Origin: Octopus sinensis
Lineage: Eukaryota
NCBI RefSeq assembly: GCF_006345805.1
Contig: NC_043018.1
Location: 21,762,001 to 21,826,000, forward strand
Direction of reading: 5' to 3'
DNA: 64,000 bases
Shown: positions 1 to 11,478 of the stretch, piece after piece
Position numbering within the stretch: the first letter of the stretch is position 1
Layout: the number at the start of each line of letters is the position of its first letter
Program-made: the position numbers and the translations under genes
The notes under the pieces: model-generated
What the model was told of the DNA's origin: nothing
The model's input: the letters and a program-made list of their open reading frames with translations, nothing else
The model's database searches: none

Positions 1-198
1 TACACTTTAATTTTATATAGCTGATTCAATTCCACTGCCACCTACACTGTCATCATCATAATCAATGTCATCACTGTCATCATCATAATCGATACCCCTA
101 TTAACACCAATCCCAACCTTTATTACTCCAGCTATCTGTTTACCTGTCGATCTTTTTTTCTACCTATTTATTAACTCACCATTTTAGGTTTTTTTTAA

Positions 199-419
199 CC
201 CTTTAGTGTTCACATTATTCTGCCCAAGTTAATGCTTTTTTATCCACATTGTTTTGAACTAATCATGCATTATCTTGTAGCTATGAGATTTTGATGAGGT
301 AGTTGTTAATTTTTAAAACGATATTGTAGGGTTGGTGTGAGAGACCAGATCTGGCCAGTTTGAACTTTAAACAAGCAGAATACTTTTGGCCGGATATGGC
401 CGGTTTAAATGCTAAAGGG
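199..419 (+). mobile_element. piggyBac-like MITE family P1
   Basis: TTAA|CCCTTTAG...CTAAAGGG|TTAA; the same body recurs at 50168, 54202 and 56205. Confidence 0.8.
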
Positions 420-599
420 TTAAACTGGTTGGGGTTACGACCAACTATGGAAGGAATGAATCTTGGACATAAACTTGTCTTACTGACAAGGGGTAAAATG
501 CCTACAAGATGCTTTACTAACAAAACTCTAATGAGGTTTATAGAGTTTAACTCTTAAGACACTACCTTTGTCTTAATTTAGAAAATAACTGAGGTTTTG

Positions 600-1135
600 G
601 GTCCATTTCCACTGCATACCACCTTGAGCAAGTATCTTCTACTATAGCCCCAGGCCAACCAATGCTTTGCAAATGAATTTGGTAGATGGAAACTGTTTGG
701 AAGCTCACCATGTGTGTGTGTGTGTGGTGTAATTTTTATACAGTTATTGACAGTGATTTCAGATTTTTGGCCAGCTAAGCCATCATTGGACTGGCCAAAA
801 CTTCAAAATCATTGTCAACAACATTCTTGTATAAAAATAATAAATTTGTACTGTACAAAGGTATAGAGCAACCCATCAGATTAATGTAAAATTATTTTTA
901 TTATAACTGAACGTAAAAACAATGTGTGTGTGTGTGTGTGTGTGTTTTTAAAAAAATGCTTGATAACCAATGTTGGTTTGTTTACATCTCTGTAACAGCA
1001 GTTTGGCAAAAGAGATCAAGACTTGAAAAAAAAAAAAGAAAGTACTGAGGTTAAGTTTGTTTGACTGTATCCTTCAAGGTGGTGCCCCAGCATGACCACA
1101 GTCCAATGACTGAAACAAGTAAAAGATAAAAGATA
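600..1135 (+). mobile_element. Diverged tRNA-head SINE family A, interrupted in its (TG)n tract
   Basis: Head-like accttgagcaagtatcttctactatagcc at ~622 and tail ccagcatgaccacagtccaatgactgaaacaagtaaaaga at ~1087-1130. Confidence 0.7.
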
Positions 1136-1899
1136 TGTAGCTGGTGTTTGGGACATAAATTAACATCAAATTTGATGGAAAGTTTTTAAAATTTAGATCC
1201 CTTTAAAACGGGATGTCTCTATAGAACTGGGGGTAGTTTTAGTTGGACTGGAATAAAAAGGGTTAAAGTAGAAAGGAGCAATGTAAGTGGTAACTAGGCA
1301 CACACACACACACAAAGCACAATTTAATTTGTCTAATTGAAGTATTTGTTCATTAAGAGTGCTCTACAACTAATTAGAAATTGGTTTAATTGACTAAGAT
1401 AGGGAAGAAATACACTTCAACAACAACAGCAGCAACAATGATGATGGTTTTAATGATGAAGACAAGTGGTAATGATGATGATGAGGACTACGATGATGAT
1501 GATGATGATGATAACAATGATGACTAATTTATCAGTAACAACGCTACCAATGTTATTATGAATGAATAACTGATTGGTGTACTTAAATTAACAGTAACAT
1601 TCGAAAATTAAACAAGGATCGTCTTCAATTTGTTCATTAGTCAAATACAAAAACTTGAATATTGGTTAGTTAATCTCTTGGTAGAATTTTTTTTTAAGAT
1701 TGTGGGAAGAGTGATTATGAGTGTGTAAAATATGTACCATTCTTATTCCAATGCTAGTCTTATGAGGGCAACAGTTTTAATGCAACTCACTCCTGGTGGG
1801 AAATCCGCGAACAATGATGTGAAGAAAAGGAACTTCTAGCTAATGGGGATCTAGCTTGATATAATATCAGACTCAATAAAGCTATTGACCTGTCAATAA

Positions 1900-2341
1900 C
1901 CCTTTTGTTACTGTATTTATTTTGAGATGCTCTGTTTCTTTCAATTAATTTTAAATATAAGAAAGAATTTAGTGAAATAACTTAGTTATCATTCAGCTAG
2001 TGTTAGGAGCATAAATTGTGACTAAAGTTTGTTGGAAGATTTTAATTCAAAACTTTTGAAAACAAGACATTTGTACTCAGGGCCAGAGCTGGTTTCAGCC
2101 GGGTTGGTATCAAAAGGGTTAAGAATTGTTTCCATATTGCTGTTGAGATTCTCTGTGTTTCTTTCAATTAATTTTAAATATAACAAAGAGTTTAGTGAAA
2201 TAACTTAGTTATCATTCAGCTAGTGTTAGGAACATAAATTGTGACTAAGGCTTGGTAGAAGATTTTAATGCAAAACTTATGAAAACAAGACGTTTATACT
2301 CAGAGCCAGAGCCGGTTTCAGTCGGGATGGTAACGAAAAGG
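1900..2341 (+). mobile_element. Dimeric piggyBac-like MITE (family P2 x2)
   Basis: ATAA|CCCTTTT...AAAAGGG|TTAA, followed by a second monomer ending AAAAGG|TTAA; same architecture as 57988-58448. Confidence 0.8.
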
Positions 2342-2444
2342 TTAATAAGGCTCAATGATTAAAGTAAACTGGCCACTGCATCTCTTATACAGTGGACTAT
2401 TCTTCATGGAAACAGAAGAGGGTGTTGCAAAAAAAAAGGAGATA

Positions 2445-2954
2445 TCTATATATATAAAACTGTAGTTGTGTGAGTGTCTGTCCCCTTCGATTTAGATTCC
2501 TAACTACTCCCACATTTTGCAAGGCAGTTTAACCAAATTCGGGTATCTTATAGTCGTGATTCATATCGAGCCCGTCTGGCTATTAGCGCACGTCTACGAT
2601 GAGTCTACGATTTTAAAAATAATTTAACATCATTTTTTATTCCATTTTAATGCATAATTTTTCGTGTGTCGATGGCAGCGGAGTTGGCGTCCATGGTCAC
2701 ACCTGCACCTGTTTGCTTCTCCCCCTTCCCTCCCTCGTGAAGCTGTGGGGAAGGGAGTGTAAGGAAATCAACGTCGTAAAGCGTTGTCAAGGAGACCAGC
2801 GTTCTTTTAGAACAACGACTTCATGGCTTGAAGACACCAAAACAGAAATGGCTAAGAAAGCCCGAATTGGCATCTATAAGGGAAGTAACTCTCTAAAAAT
2901 GCTTATATAGTTATTTCCCTTACAAACCCGAGCAACGCCGGGCGATACTGCTAG
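2445..2954 (+). mobile_element. Non-autonomous Helitron
   Basis: A|TCTATATATATAAAA 5' end, subterminal hairpin CCCG-agcaacgc-CGGG (2927-2942), 3' CTAG|T; near-identical copy at 54362-54878. Confidence 0.85.
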
Positions 2955-3316
2955 TTAGTTAATAAGTCTGTTTCTCTTTTATCAATCTGACAAAGAACTA
3001 CAGTGAATAAGTGAGTCATTATTAAGACCTCACCAGTCCATCCAGCATTGAAGACCGGATATATGATGGTGATGATTACAAAAGTTGGTCATGTACCAAA
3101 TGATATTTTGCCCCAAAGTGTGCCCATCTTGTAGTCAGGGTCACTTAACAGATATATAAGAATCCTTAAAAATCAAAATTACAATATGAAGTTAACAGAA
3201 TAAGCTGTCCAGAGTCTTCATTTCTTTTAAAATATGTTTGTTTATTGTATTTTAGACTATGTTTTCATTGATTCTATTTCCAATTGTCTTCCCATGTCCT
3301 ATTATTCTATATAGAC

Positions 3317-3524
3317 CAGGGGTGGGCAAACTACGGCCCGCCATAGGTTTTCATGTGGCCCGCCAAGAGGAATATTTCACAAAATTTCCTTTCAATCAAT
3401 TGTGTGTTTATAGGTCTATAACCGCCTTTAAAAATATTTTCACTTGATTTTTATAAATGAGGCCCGCCAAGGTTCCAAAGACGCACTGTGCGGCCCGCGA
3501 TCAAAAAAAATTCGCCCACCCCTG
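3317..3524. mobile_element. hAT-superfamily MITE
   Basis: TIRs CAGGGGTGGGC(A/G)AA; perfect 8-bp TSD ATATAGAC (3309-3316 and 3525-3532). Confidence 0.9.
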
Positions 3525-3869
3525 ATATAGACATTCCCCTTGGATGGATTTGAACAAGTCAGAAATCATACAAATCAGAATCATGCTTCTATTCTTGGCT
3601 TGCTGATTTGCCCTCAAACAAAGTGAAACAAAAACCCGGACAAAAATGACCATCAAAATGCACTTGATTTCTATCCAGTTCTCTTTCTATTTTGCAAGGG
3701 GTATCTTTCCTCTAACACTTCCTTCCAGCTATGCACCTGTCCATAAGGCTCTCCCCATCACACATTCAAGACTAATGTGGACTATGGCTGGCTGGCTGGT
3801 TTAATGATGGCCTCATCCAGAATGTAGTCAGGCAACACAACTGGAATGATATCAAATATTACCCCACAA

Positions 3870-4263
3870 GCAGGAGTGGCTGTGTGGTAAGTAGCTTGCT
3901 TATCAACCACATGGTTCCGGGTTCAGTCCCACTGCGTGGCATCTTGGGCAAGTGTCTTCTGCTATAGCCCCGGGCCGACCAATGCCTTGTGAGTAGATTT
4001 GGTAGACGGAAACTGAAAGAAGCCTGTCGTATATATGTATATATATATACATGTATGTGTGTGTGTGTTTGTGTGTCTGTGTTTGTTCCCCTAGCATTGC
4101 TTGACAACCGATGTTGGTGTGTTTACGTCCCCGTAACTTAGCGGTTCGGCAAAAGAGACCGATAGAATAAGTACTGGGCTTACAAAGATTTGCTCGACTA
4201 AAGGCGGTGCTCCAGCATGGCCGCAGTCAAATGACTGAAACAAGTAAAAGAGTAAAAGAGTAA
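3870..4263 (+). mobile_element. Full-length tRNA-head SINE family A (young subfamily)
   Basis: A-box-like TGGCTGTGTGG, B-box-like GGTTCAGTCCC, internal (TA)n(TG)n and an (AAAGAGT)n tail; shares diagnostic variants with the 14297, 16543 and 46741 copies. Confidence 0.88.
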
Positions 4264-4619
4264 GTACAAAGATCTGGTCATCTTCAGCCTGTGAACTGCC
4301 TTACAATTAAACAGCAATTAAACGTGGCTCAATATAGTAATTTATTTATCAACAGATGCCTTTCTCGGCAGTTTGTGCACAAGCATCAGAGTTGTCATTG
4401 CTATGGAGCTACTGTCAATGAGTTTAGACAGCACCTGCTCTCATCACAGTGCAGGATGATGTCCTCAACAAGCTGTACTGAATGATGGTATTACTAAAGG
4501 AGGCTTCAATACTCCAGTTTTTCATCACAGCTGGGGTTCATTTATCTCAACCATGACAACGGTATACTGAGATTAACTCTTTTACTGTTCAAGTGAAGAA
4601 AGGCACACGTCTGGCAATA

Positions 4620-5048
4620 GCCTCTCTACTAATAGGCACAAGGCCTGAAATTTGGGGGAGGGGGGATAATCGAAACGTTAGCACGCAAGGCAAAATGCTT
4701 AGTGGTATTTCGTTTGCCGTTACATTCTGAGTTCAAATTCCGCCGAGGTTGACTTTGCCTTTCATCCTTTCGGGGTCGATTAAATAAGTACCTATTACGC
4801 ACTGGGGTCGATATAATCAACTTATTCCGTTTGTCTGTCCTTGTTTGTCCTCTCTATGTTTAGCCCCTGTGGGTAGTAAAGAAATAGATTACATCGACCC
4901 CAGTATTTTACTGGTACTTAATTTATCGACCCCCCGAAAGGATGAAAGGCAAAGTCGACCTCGGCGGAATTTGAACTCACAACGTTGCGACAGGTGAAAT
5001 ACCGCGAAGCATTTCGTCCAGCATGCAAACGATTCTGCCAGCCCACTG
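4620..5048. mobile_element. Nested family B SINEs: a + copy (4669-4887) inside a - variant copy (4620-4668 and 4888-5048)
   Basis: B-box GAGTTCAAATTCC in both orientations; the variant tail and body are separated by the + copy. Confidence 0.7.
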
Positions 5049-5149
5049 CCTTTTGTCTGGCTATATCCAGTGCCAATCTCATCACTCTGCCTAAAGACCT
5101 GGAGGTCTTTAGGCACAGAGGAGAAAAGGAAAATCAAATATCATATTGC

Positions 5150-5181
<32 letters not shown>

Positions 5182-5224
5182 ATTTCAATATATATCATCC
5201 CATGTAACAATAGTTATTCTGACA

Positions 5225-5298
<74 letters not shown>

Positions 5299-5302
<4 letters not shown>

Positions 5303-5496
5303 AATATAAGAGAGTGACCACAATGTAGAATGTTAGAATTAATCTACATTTTTGTTATTTTTCATTTGCCTTGCTCGTTTACGTTAAATGTTGTGCTGAT
5401 TCTCCTTGGAAACAATTTTTTTAGTCGTTGATACCATAGCGGATCTATTTTTAGTGCAAGAGTCGACCATATAGTGGTCACTCTCTTATATTTGTG
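5299..5496. mobile_element. Tc1/mariner-like MITE
   Basis: Perfect 23-bp inverted repeat CACAAATATAAGAGAGTGACCAC (5299-5321 / 5474-5496); followed by TA on the right, while the left end merges with (TA)n(CA)n. Confidence 0.75.
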
Positions 5497-5598
5497 TATA
5501 AATTTTTATTGTATCCCTGGTTTTTATGCGCTAAGCCACTTGGTGTTAAATTGATGGCATTATCAAATTAATATCCAATCTTTTCACCCTTATTTTTG

Positions 5599-5645
<47 letters not shown>

Positions 5646-5789
5646 CGTGTGTGCAGTTGGTAGTAGGAAAGGCTTTTTTTTTTTTCATTGTAACATCTAC
5701 CTAACCATGCTTGCATGGGTTGGATGGAGTTTACTGAAGCAGATTGTCTTTGGGTGGATGCCTCTCCTGTCACCCACCCTCGCTTGTTT

Positions 5790-6030
5790 GCAATCGTCTG
5801 CCGCTACGTTCTGAGTTCAAATTCCGCTGAGGTCGACTTTGCCTTTCATCCTTTCAGGGTCGATTAAATAAGCACCAGTTACGCACAGGGGTCGATTGCC
5901 TTTCATCCTTTCGGGGTCGATTAAATAAGCACCAGTTACGCACAGGGGTCGATATAATCGACTTAATCCGTGTGTCTGTCCTTGTTTGTCCCCTCTGTGT
6001 ATAGCCCCTTGTGGGCAGTAAAGAAATAGG
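5790..6030 (+). mobile_element. Family B SINE with an internal ~60-bp duplication
   Basis: gagttcaaattccgctgaggtcgac; the block ttgcctttcatcctttc...gcacaggggtcga is repeated twice; tail gtgggcagtaaagaaatag. Confidence 0.8.
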
Positions 6031-6248
6031 TAATATTCCCCCATAGCTAGACATGTTCCCATAGTATATTGGGAACGAAAGATACTGCTTGTAATGGTAG
6101 TGAGAACCTCTTACAACAACAACAACAACACATAGTGTGACTAGATGTAAAAAAAAAAAAAAGAAACAAACTCATGCAACAATGAAAAAACAAAGGCAAA
6201 AACATATTAAAAAGAAGAAAGGAAAAAAAGAAACTTGAAATGACATAC

Positions 6249-6934
6249 TGAAGTGTGAATAGAACCGAACAGTCTGGGATTAGTTTCTTGACTGCTCCAA
6301 GATGGTTGGACTGGTGGCACTGGAACCTGGTGGTGTTGGGCTTGTGGCTGCTGTAACTGCCGGTGTTCTGCGGTACTTAGGTGGCTAGACGCTGCTGCAG
6401 TCCGGTTGACGGGGCCCTTCACGTCAGGTAATAATCGAAGCTCATCCAGAATAGGGTCCATGCAGGAACTGATGTTACTGTGGTATGGTAATCTAAAAAT
6501 TGGCCGTTCACCACTATTAGAAAACTCAACCTGGCCAGTATTCAGGAATGCTCTTTGGCTCGAGTTGGTCAGCCCAGTTAGGTTGTTGGGGTTGGAAAAT
6601 CCAGATGGATGGTGAGAACTAGAAAAAGTACTTTGGCCGGAAGATGAAAACACTTCCGGCAAGGAGTTAGAGAAACCAGCTTGACCTGGCTGCCCCGCAA
6701 ATGACACATGGTCAGCAGTCGTGAAACTACGCTGAGTTATTACCCTGTTGCGATTATCCTTCGGTAAATGTTCGAGATTTCGACAGATTTCTGCAACGAA
6801 TGCGTCACCTTTCATATTTCTTAAATAAAGACAGTTTGGAAAAAATTTGGCGTGTTCAATCCATGGATTGTCTGATTCGTCCCACTCTCGGAGGTGACCA
6901 TTACACATATAACAGCACACGGTATCATCGATTC
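6249..6934 (-). CDS. Internal coding exon of an IAP/BIRC-family gene: C-terminal half of a BIR domain plus a low-complexity linker
   Basis: Translation (G)IDDTVCCYMCNGHLREWDESDNPWIEHAKFFPNCLYLRNMKGDAFV fits the BIR Zn motif C-x2-C-x16-H-x6-C exactly. Acceptor ttcttgtctcttgcag|GA (phase 1, at the Gly of the BIR GFYYxG-D motif); donor ACTTCA|gtatgt (phase 0). The frame is open throughout (2 nt + 228 codons). The Met in the ORF track is intronic. Paralogue not assignable by eye. Confidence 0.92.
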
Positions 6935-7437
6935 CTGCAAGAGACAAGAATGGTAAGAATTAGCTATGAATATCAGGCAGTAAAATAATTAAAATGTCAG
7001 CAGTTTTAAAATTTTAACGAGAGGTGGAGGAAACATACAGGGAGAAGAGAGAAATACTAAATCCTTGGAATACTATTATATTTATATATATATATATGAA
7101 AGGAGGTTTATTTTAATGAGCTGGTCAAATTTTTTTATATTTTCCAAAGATTTTCCCTTGCAAACTGTTTTTAACATGTTCTTATTATCATCAAAGAATG
7201 TATATATATGTATTGTAATATTTTGTGACAACCAGTACCTAACACAACAAAGTTTTTACATGTTACTTTTGACAATCTTTTTCTAAAAAAAGTGAAACCG
7301 GTCAAGTAAATAAACATCTTTTAAAATTGCATTTTCAAACCTTCTTTCATATATAATTCCACTCGTGCAGTACCTTACAACTCCACTTTGTTTTATTTAG
7401 TTTTTCTTTGGGGCTGGCCGTATCGGAACGATATCAG

Positions 7438-7565
7438 GATTAATCAGCCGAAATTGCTAAGATGATCCGGTTCCCGACTGAAGATTAGAGGCTTTGAATG
7501 ACCCTTCTGTTTTTTTGTGTCGTCTCTTTGTGTGTTTTTGCGTTCTTGTCCCATTTTGTAATTTA
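7438..7565 (+). repeat. Unclassified ~130-bp dispersed repeat
   Basis: gattaatcagccgaaattg...gactgaagatt; further copies at 19709-19830 (+) and ~27985-28112 (-). Confidence 0.7.
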
Positions 7566-7624
7566 TATTTAATTTCTATACATATATATATACACACACA
7601 CACACATATATACATATATATACA

Positions 7625-7677
<53 letters not shown>

Positions 7678-9061
7678 GAGGCGGTGAAAAAATATATCTA
7701 CAGAATAAAAATACTGCAGCAATATATATGCATATAATGAGTTAGTACTGAAGAACAATAAAATATATGTCCACCAAATTTAAGAGCTCATTTCTTTTTA
7801 ACATATCGTTAGACTCCAATACATTATTATGATGCAATAATCATAAGCGAAATGAATTTGCATATTTGTATATATATGTTGGCTGAATGTTCAAAGTAAC
7901 ATATTCAGAATAATAAAAAAAAAAGGTTTCACAGATGTTTCACAATTTAATTCTAAGTTCTACATCTGTTTCAACAATTAACACACAAACATCATCATCA
8001 ACATACTCATTTAACAAATACAAAAATATAATTAATTTAAGATATACTAGATAAACTCTTTCATCAAGAAATAAAACTGAAATATGAATATCAAAGTACC
8101 ATTACTAAATTAATTATGTATTTTTAAATATTAATTACATAATTATATGGCTGATGTTTGTATTTAAAATGATGAAACAGGTGTAGAATTTGGAATCAAA
8201 TTATGAAACAACTGTGAAAATTTTGCTTTATATGTGTAATATTTATCACCATGACCAACCAGGCTATCAGATGTTGCTACACACCGCTGGTCACAATGCG
8301 CTTTGCATTGTTTTAGCCTTCAAATGATGCCACCCTGCTGGCTAAGCGAGCAGGCCAGAAGTAAGGGTGAGAGAAAGTTGTGGCGAAATAGTACAGCAGG
8401 GCCTATACGCCAAGACAAAAATTCCATGTGAAATGCAACAGGATTTGGAAAGATAGCGACAATATTTGAATGTTTACGCTATATACTATGTTGAGTTGTA
8501 TGCTGGAAAATACAGTGAAACAAAGCAGAAGGAGAGGACAATGATTGCTTTTAAGATAGAGTGTATCAAAAAAGACAGAGCTAGATCATAGGCAGACAAC
8601 TGAACAGAACTAATGTGACTGGATAACTAATATAAAGTTACCAATGTAGACATACATAGCAAACAACAATAGCTGTTGTTGTTTCTGTTTAACCCTAGGT
8701 TGGTCTTCATCCAGCATACTCAATTATCAAAGGTATTTCAGCAACAGCCAGAGTGAGCATCTACTATTATTTTTGAGCTCTAGTTCAGACTTGATCCAAC
8801 ATCCAACAATCCTATGATCAAAAGTATTTCAGATATGACCATCCCATTTACTGATGCTGTTTAGCTCTAAGTTACCCTTGACCCAGCAAATTTCTGATCA
8901 AATGTGTTCCAGCTATGATCATCCAGTCTTCTTATTGCAAGAAGAGTTCCCTGGACTACATTCTTGAATGTGGCTTTTTTTTTTTTTAAATCATATGATA
9001 TGGTTTGAGGGATATTTCTCTGTTGTTTCTAACAAGTCAAACAAGCACTAGTCAACCCATT

Positions 9062-9475
9062 AACAAAGAAACAATCCATGCAGTGGAAACTGCCCTCCTC
9101 ACCTGCTCCAAAGAAGGTCAAGGTTGTTTCATGTGCAGGGAGGGTGATGGCCTCAGATTTATTCAGATGCAAAAAGCATTATATTCATTGAATTATCCTT
9201 GAAAGGGTCACACCATCAATGGAGAGTACTATGCCATTTTGCTGAAGCAGCTACAAAAGGCTATCAGGACCAAATGCTCAGGAAAACTGACAAAAAGGAC
9301 CCTGGTTTCATCAGGACAATGCTCCGGCATAAAAGTCCTTGCTTTCAATGGCTGTTGTGTGTGAATGTGGTTTTGAACTGGTTGATCACCTTCCCTGTTT
9401 TCCTAATTTGGCCCAAACATGAAAAAACACTTGGATGCGAACCAGTATTGCAGTGATAGTGAAAGCTTCTTCACC
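9062..9475 (+). pseudogene. Degenerate mariner (DD34D-type) transposase fragment
   Basis: Frameshifted translation QSMQWKLPSSPAPKKVKVVSCAGRVMAS...KGHTINGEYYAILLKQLQKAIRTK...FHQDNAPA...CGFELVDHLPCFPNLA matches mariner motifs (HQDNAPxH, HPPYSPDLAP). Confidence 0.8.
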
Positions 9476-10596
9476 AATGGTATCCAGGCACTGCAACACT
9501 GGTGGAAGCAGTGGGTAGATTGTAAAGGGGACTGTGTCGAAAATAAACTTCATTTTGTCACATTCCGAGAGAGTATATTGGTCAGCCTATGAACTTTTCA
9601 GCTGACCCTCATGGTTTAGGAATGTATACTCTTTTACTCTTTTACTTGTTTCAGTCATCTGACTGCGGCCATGCTGGAGCACCGCCTTTGTATGAGAACA
9701 CAAAGCGTTTATGCTTTCCATTTTTGTAGAAAATTGGCAAATTCAATAAAAATACTTTACAGGAGAGGAGGGCAAATTCAAACAGAGACAGAGACAATGG
9801 CTGAAATACGCTAAATAGATAGGGGGAAAAAATAGATATTTTTTACTCTTTATTGTAAGAGAGTTCAAAAACTAAGTGGAGAGAAGTAAGAATATCTATG
9901 ACTGTCAATGGCAACCAATACTATTGTCTGCTTAATAAAAACATGATTTCTAATATACAGAGAGAGAGTGAGGGTCACAAGTTTTGAAGCAAAAAGAATT
10001 GATTATATCGACTCCTGAAACTAAACTGGAACTTATTGATTTCCAGAAGGATGACAGACAGACTAAACTGACCTTGGTGAAATTTGAACTCAGAATGTGC
10101 CTAAACACTGCAAAGCAGTCTGTCCAATGCTCTAAAACTTCTGTGTCTTGTAAGTTGTCAATAGAAATCAATTACATTTATTTATTTATGTAACCATGTC
10201 TACGCACTGGTTTTAATTTCAGTTATAACCATTTAATTGTCATTTATATCACTTATTACACCTGAGAATTACATCCACAGGATATGTCTGCAGATTATAT
10301 GGAGACAAAAACATAGAACACAATAACATCATCATCATCGTCGTCGTCGTTGTCGTCTCTGGTCGTCCAGTCTTGACAAAATATAAGTGTCTGTGAACAA
10401 GGACAACAGCCTGGTAGCTGTGTACACTGGAAAACTAACCAGTATTACTGTATTGACATAGAAAACAGATGGCACACATTAAAAAAACATAGTGAGGAAA
10501 TGCCAGGATGAAACTCACAGTAACATGAGGTACACGAAATCATGCGAAGAAACTGGATAGACAAAGGCTCAGTGATATGGTTTATCACATATATAT

Positions 10597-10825
10597 TTCT
10601 TTACTACCCACAAGGGGCTAAACACAGAGGGGACAAACAAGGACAGACACACGGATTAAGTCGATTACATCGATCCCAGTGCGTAACTGGTACTTAATTT
10701 ATCGACCCCGAAAGGATGAAAGGCAAAGTCAACCTCGACGGAATTTGAACTCAGAACGTAACGGCAGACGAAATACGGCTACGCATTTCGCCCGGTGTGC
10801 TAACGTTTCTGCCAGCTCGCCGCCT
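10597..10825 (-). mobile_element. Full-length family B SINE
   Basis: Reverse complement of ggcggcgagctggcag...gagttcaaattcc...gtgggtagtaaagaaata. Confidence 0.85.
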
Positions 10826-11102
10826 TTATCACATATAACATTCACTGTCCTGCTGCCAAAACAAAAAAAAAACACTCCTCAAAAAATTATCCTAGGGTCC
10901 TGTACGTGAAGTTGGTCCTCCCATCTTAATGTATTGAAAGCGTTTTTTTTTTCTTTCTTGAATATGTGCTACTGGAATTGGAGTGTGCCTAATATGCCTG
11001 GACATCTTTTATGCTATCAAAGAAGGTACATGCAATATGTGAAAAATACAGAGACAAAGCTATAGCAATATGGGAGACAGTCAAAGTGAGAATAATGCCA
11101 GA

Positions 11103-11478
11103 CATAGACATGGTTGTGTGGTAAGAAGTTTGCTTTCCAGCCATATGGCTCCGGGTTCAGTCCCACTGTGTGGAACCTTGGGCAAGTGTCTTCCATTTAA
11201 CCCTGGATCAACCAAAGCTTTGTCAGTGGACTTGGCAGACCTAAATTGTAACAAGTCCATTGTATGTGAGTGTCCTTGTGTTTGTCCCTCACTGCTGTTG
11301 GACAAATGGTGTTGGCTGGTCTGTGTCCCCAATAACTTAGCAGTTCAGCGGAAAGACTGATGGAATAAGTACCAGACTTAAAAATAAAAGTACTGGGTTT
11401 GATTTGTTTGGCTAAATGCTCCAAGTTGGTGCCCCGGCATTGCTGCAGTACAATGACTGAAACGAGTAAAAGATAAAA
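11103..11478 (+). mobile_element. Diverged family A SINE
   Basis: Head catggttgtgtggtaagaag...gggttcagtccc and tail aatgactgaaacgagtaaaaga. Confidence 0.75.

Noticed and set aside
1791-1849. Possible downstream IAP exon (minus-strand donor gtgagt at 1790)
   Set aside because: Poor acceptor and no UBA or RING similarity.
2650-2910. Repeated ORF ...QGDQRSFRTTTSWLEDTKTEMAKKARIG... (also 54583-54834)
   Set aside because: It is inside the non-autonomous Helitron, has no RepHel motifs, and the shared frame is explained by recent duplication.
3870-3945. tRNA-like A/B boxes in many places
   Set aside because: They are SINE heads continuing into SINE bodies; I could not form a complete cloverleaf.
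4380-4520. Minus-strand DIILHCDESRCCL resembling the Tc1 motif FSDESRFCL
   Set aside because: Only one short motif with no TIRs or second catalytic motif; too weak to call.
6935-6947. Met start of the 246-aa ORF (MSLA)
   Set aside because: It lies in the polypyrimidine tract upstream of the acceptor; the BIR domain is incomplete without an upstream exon.
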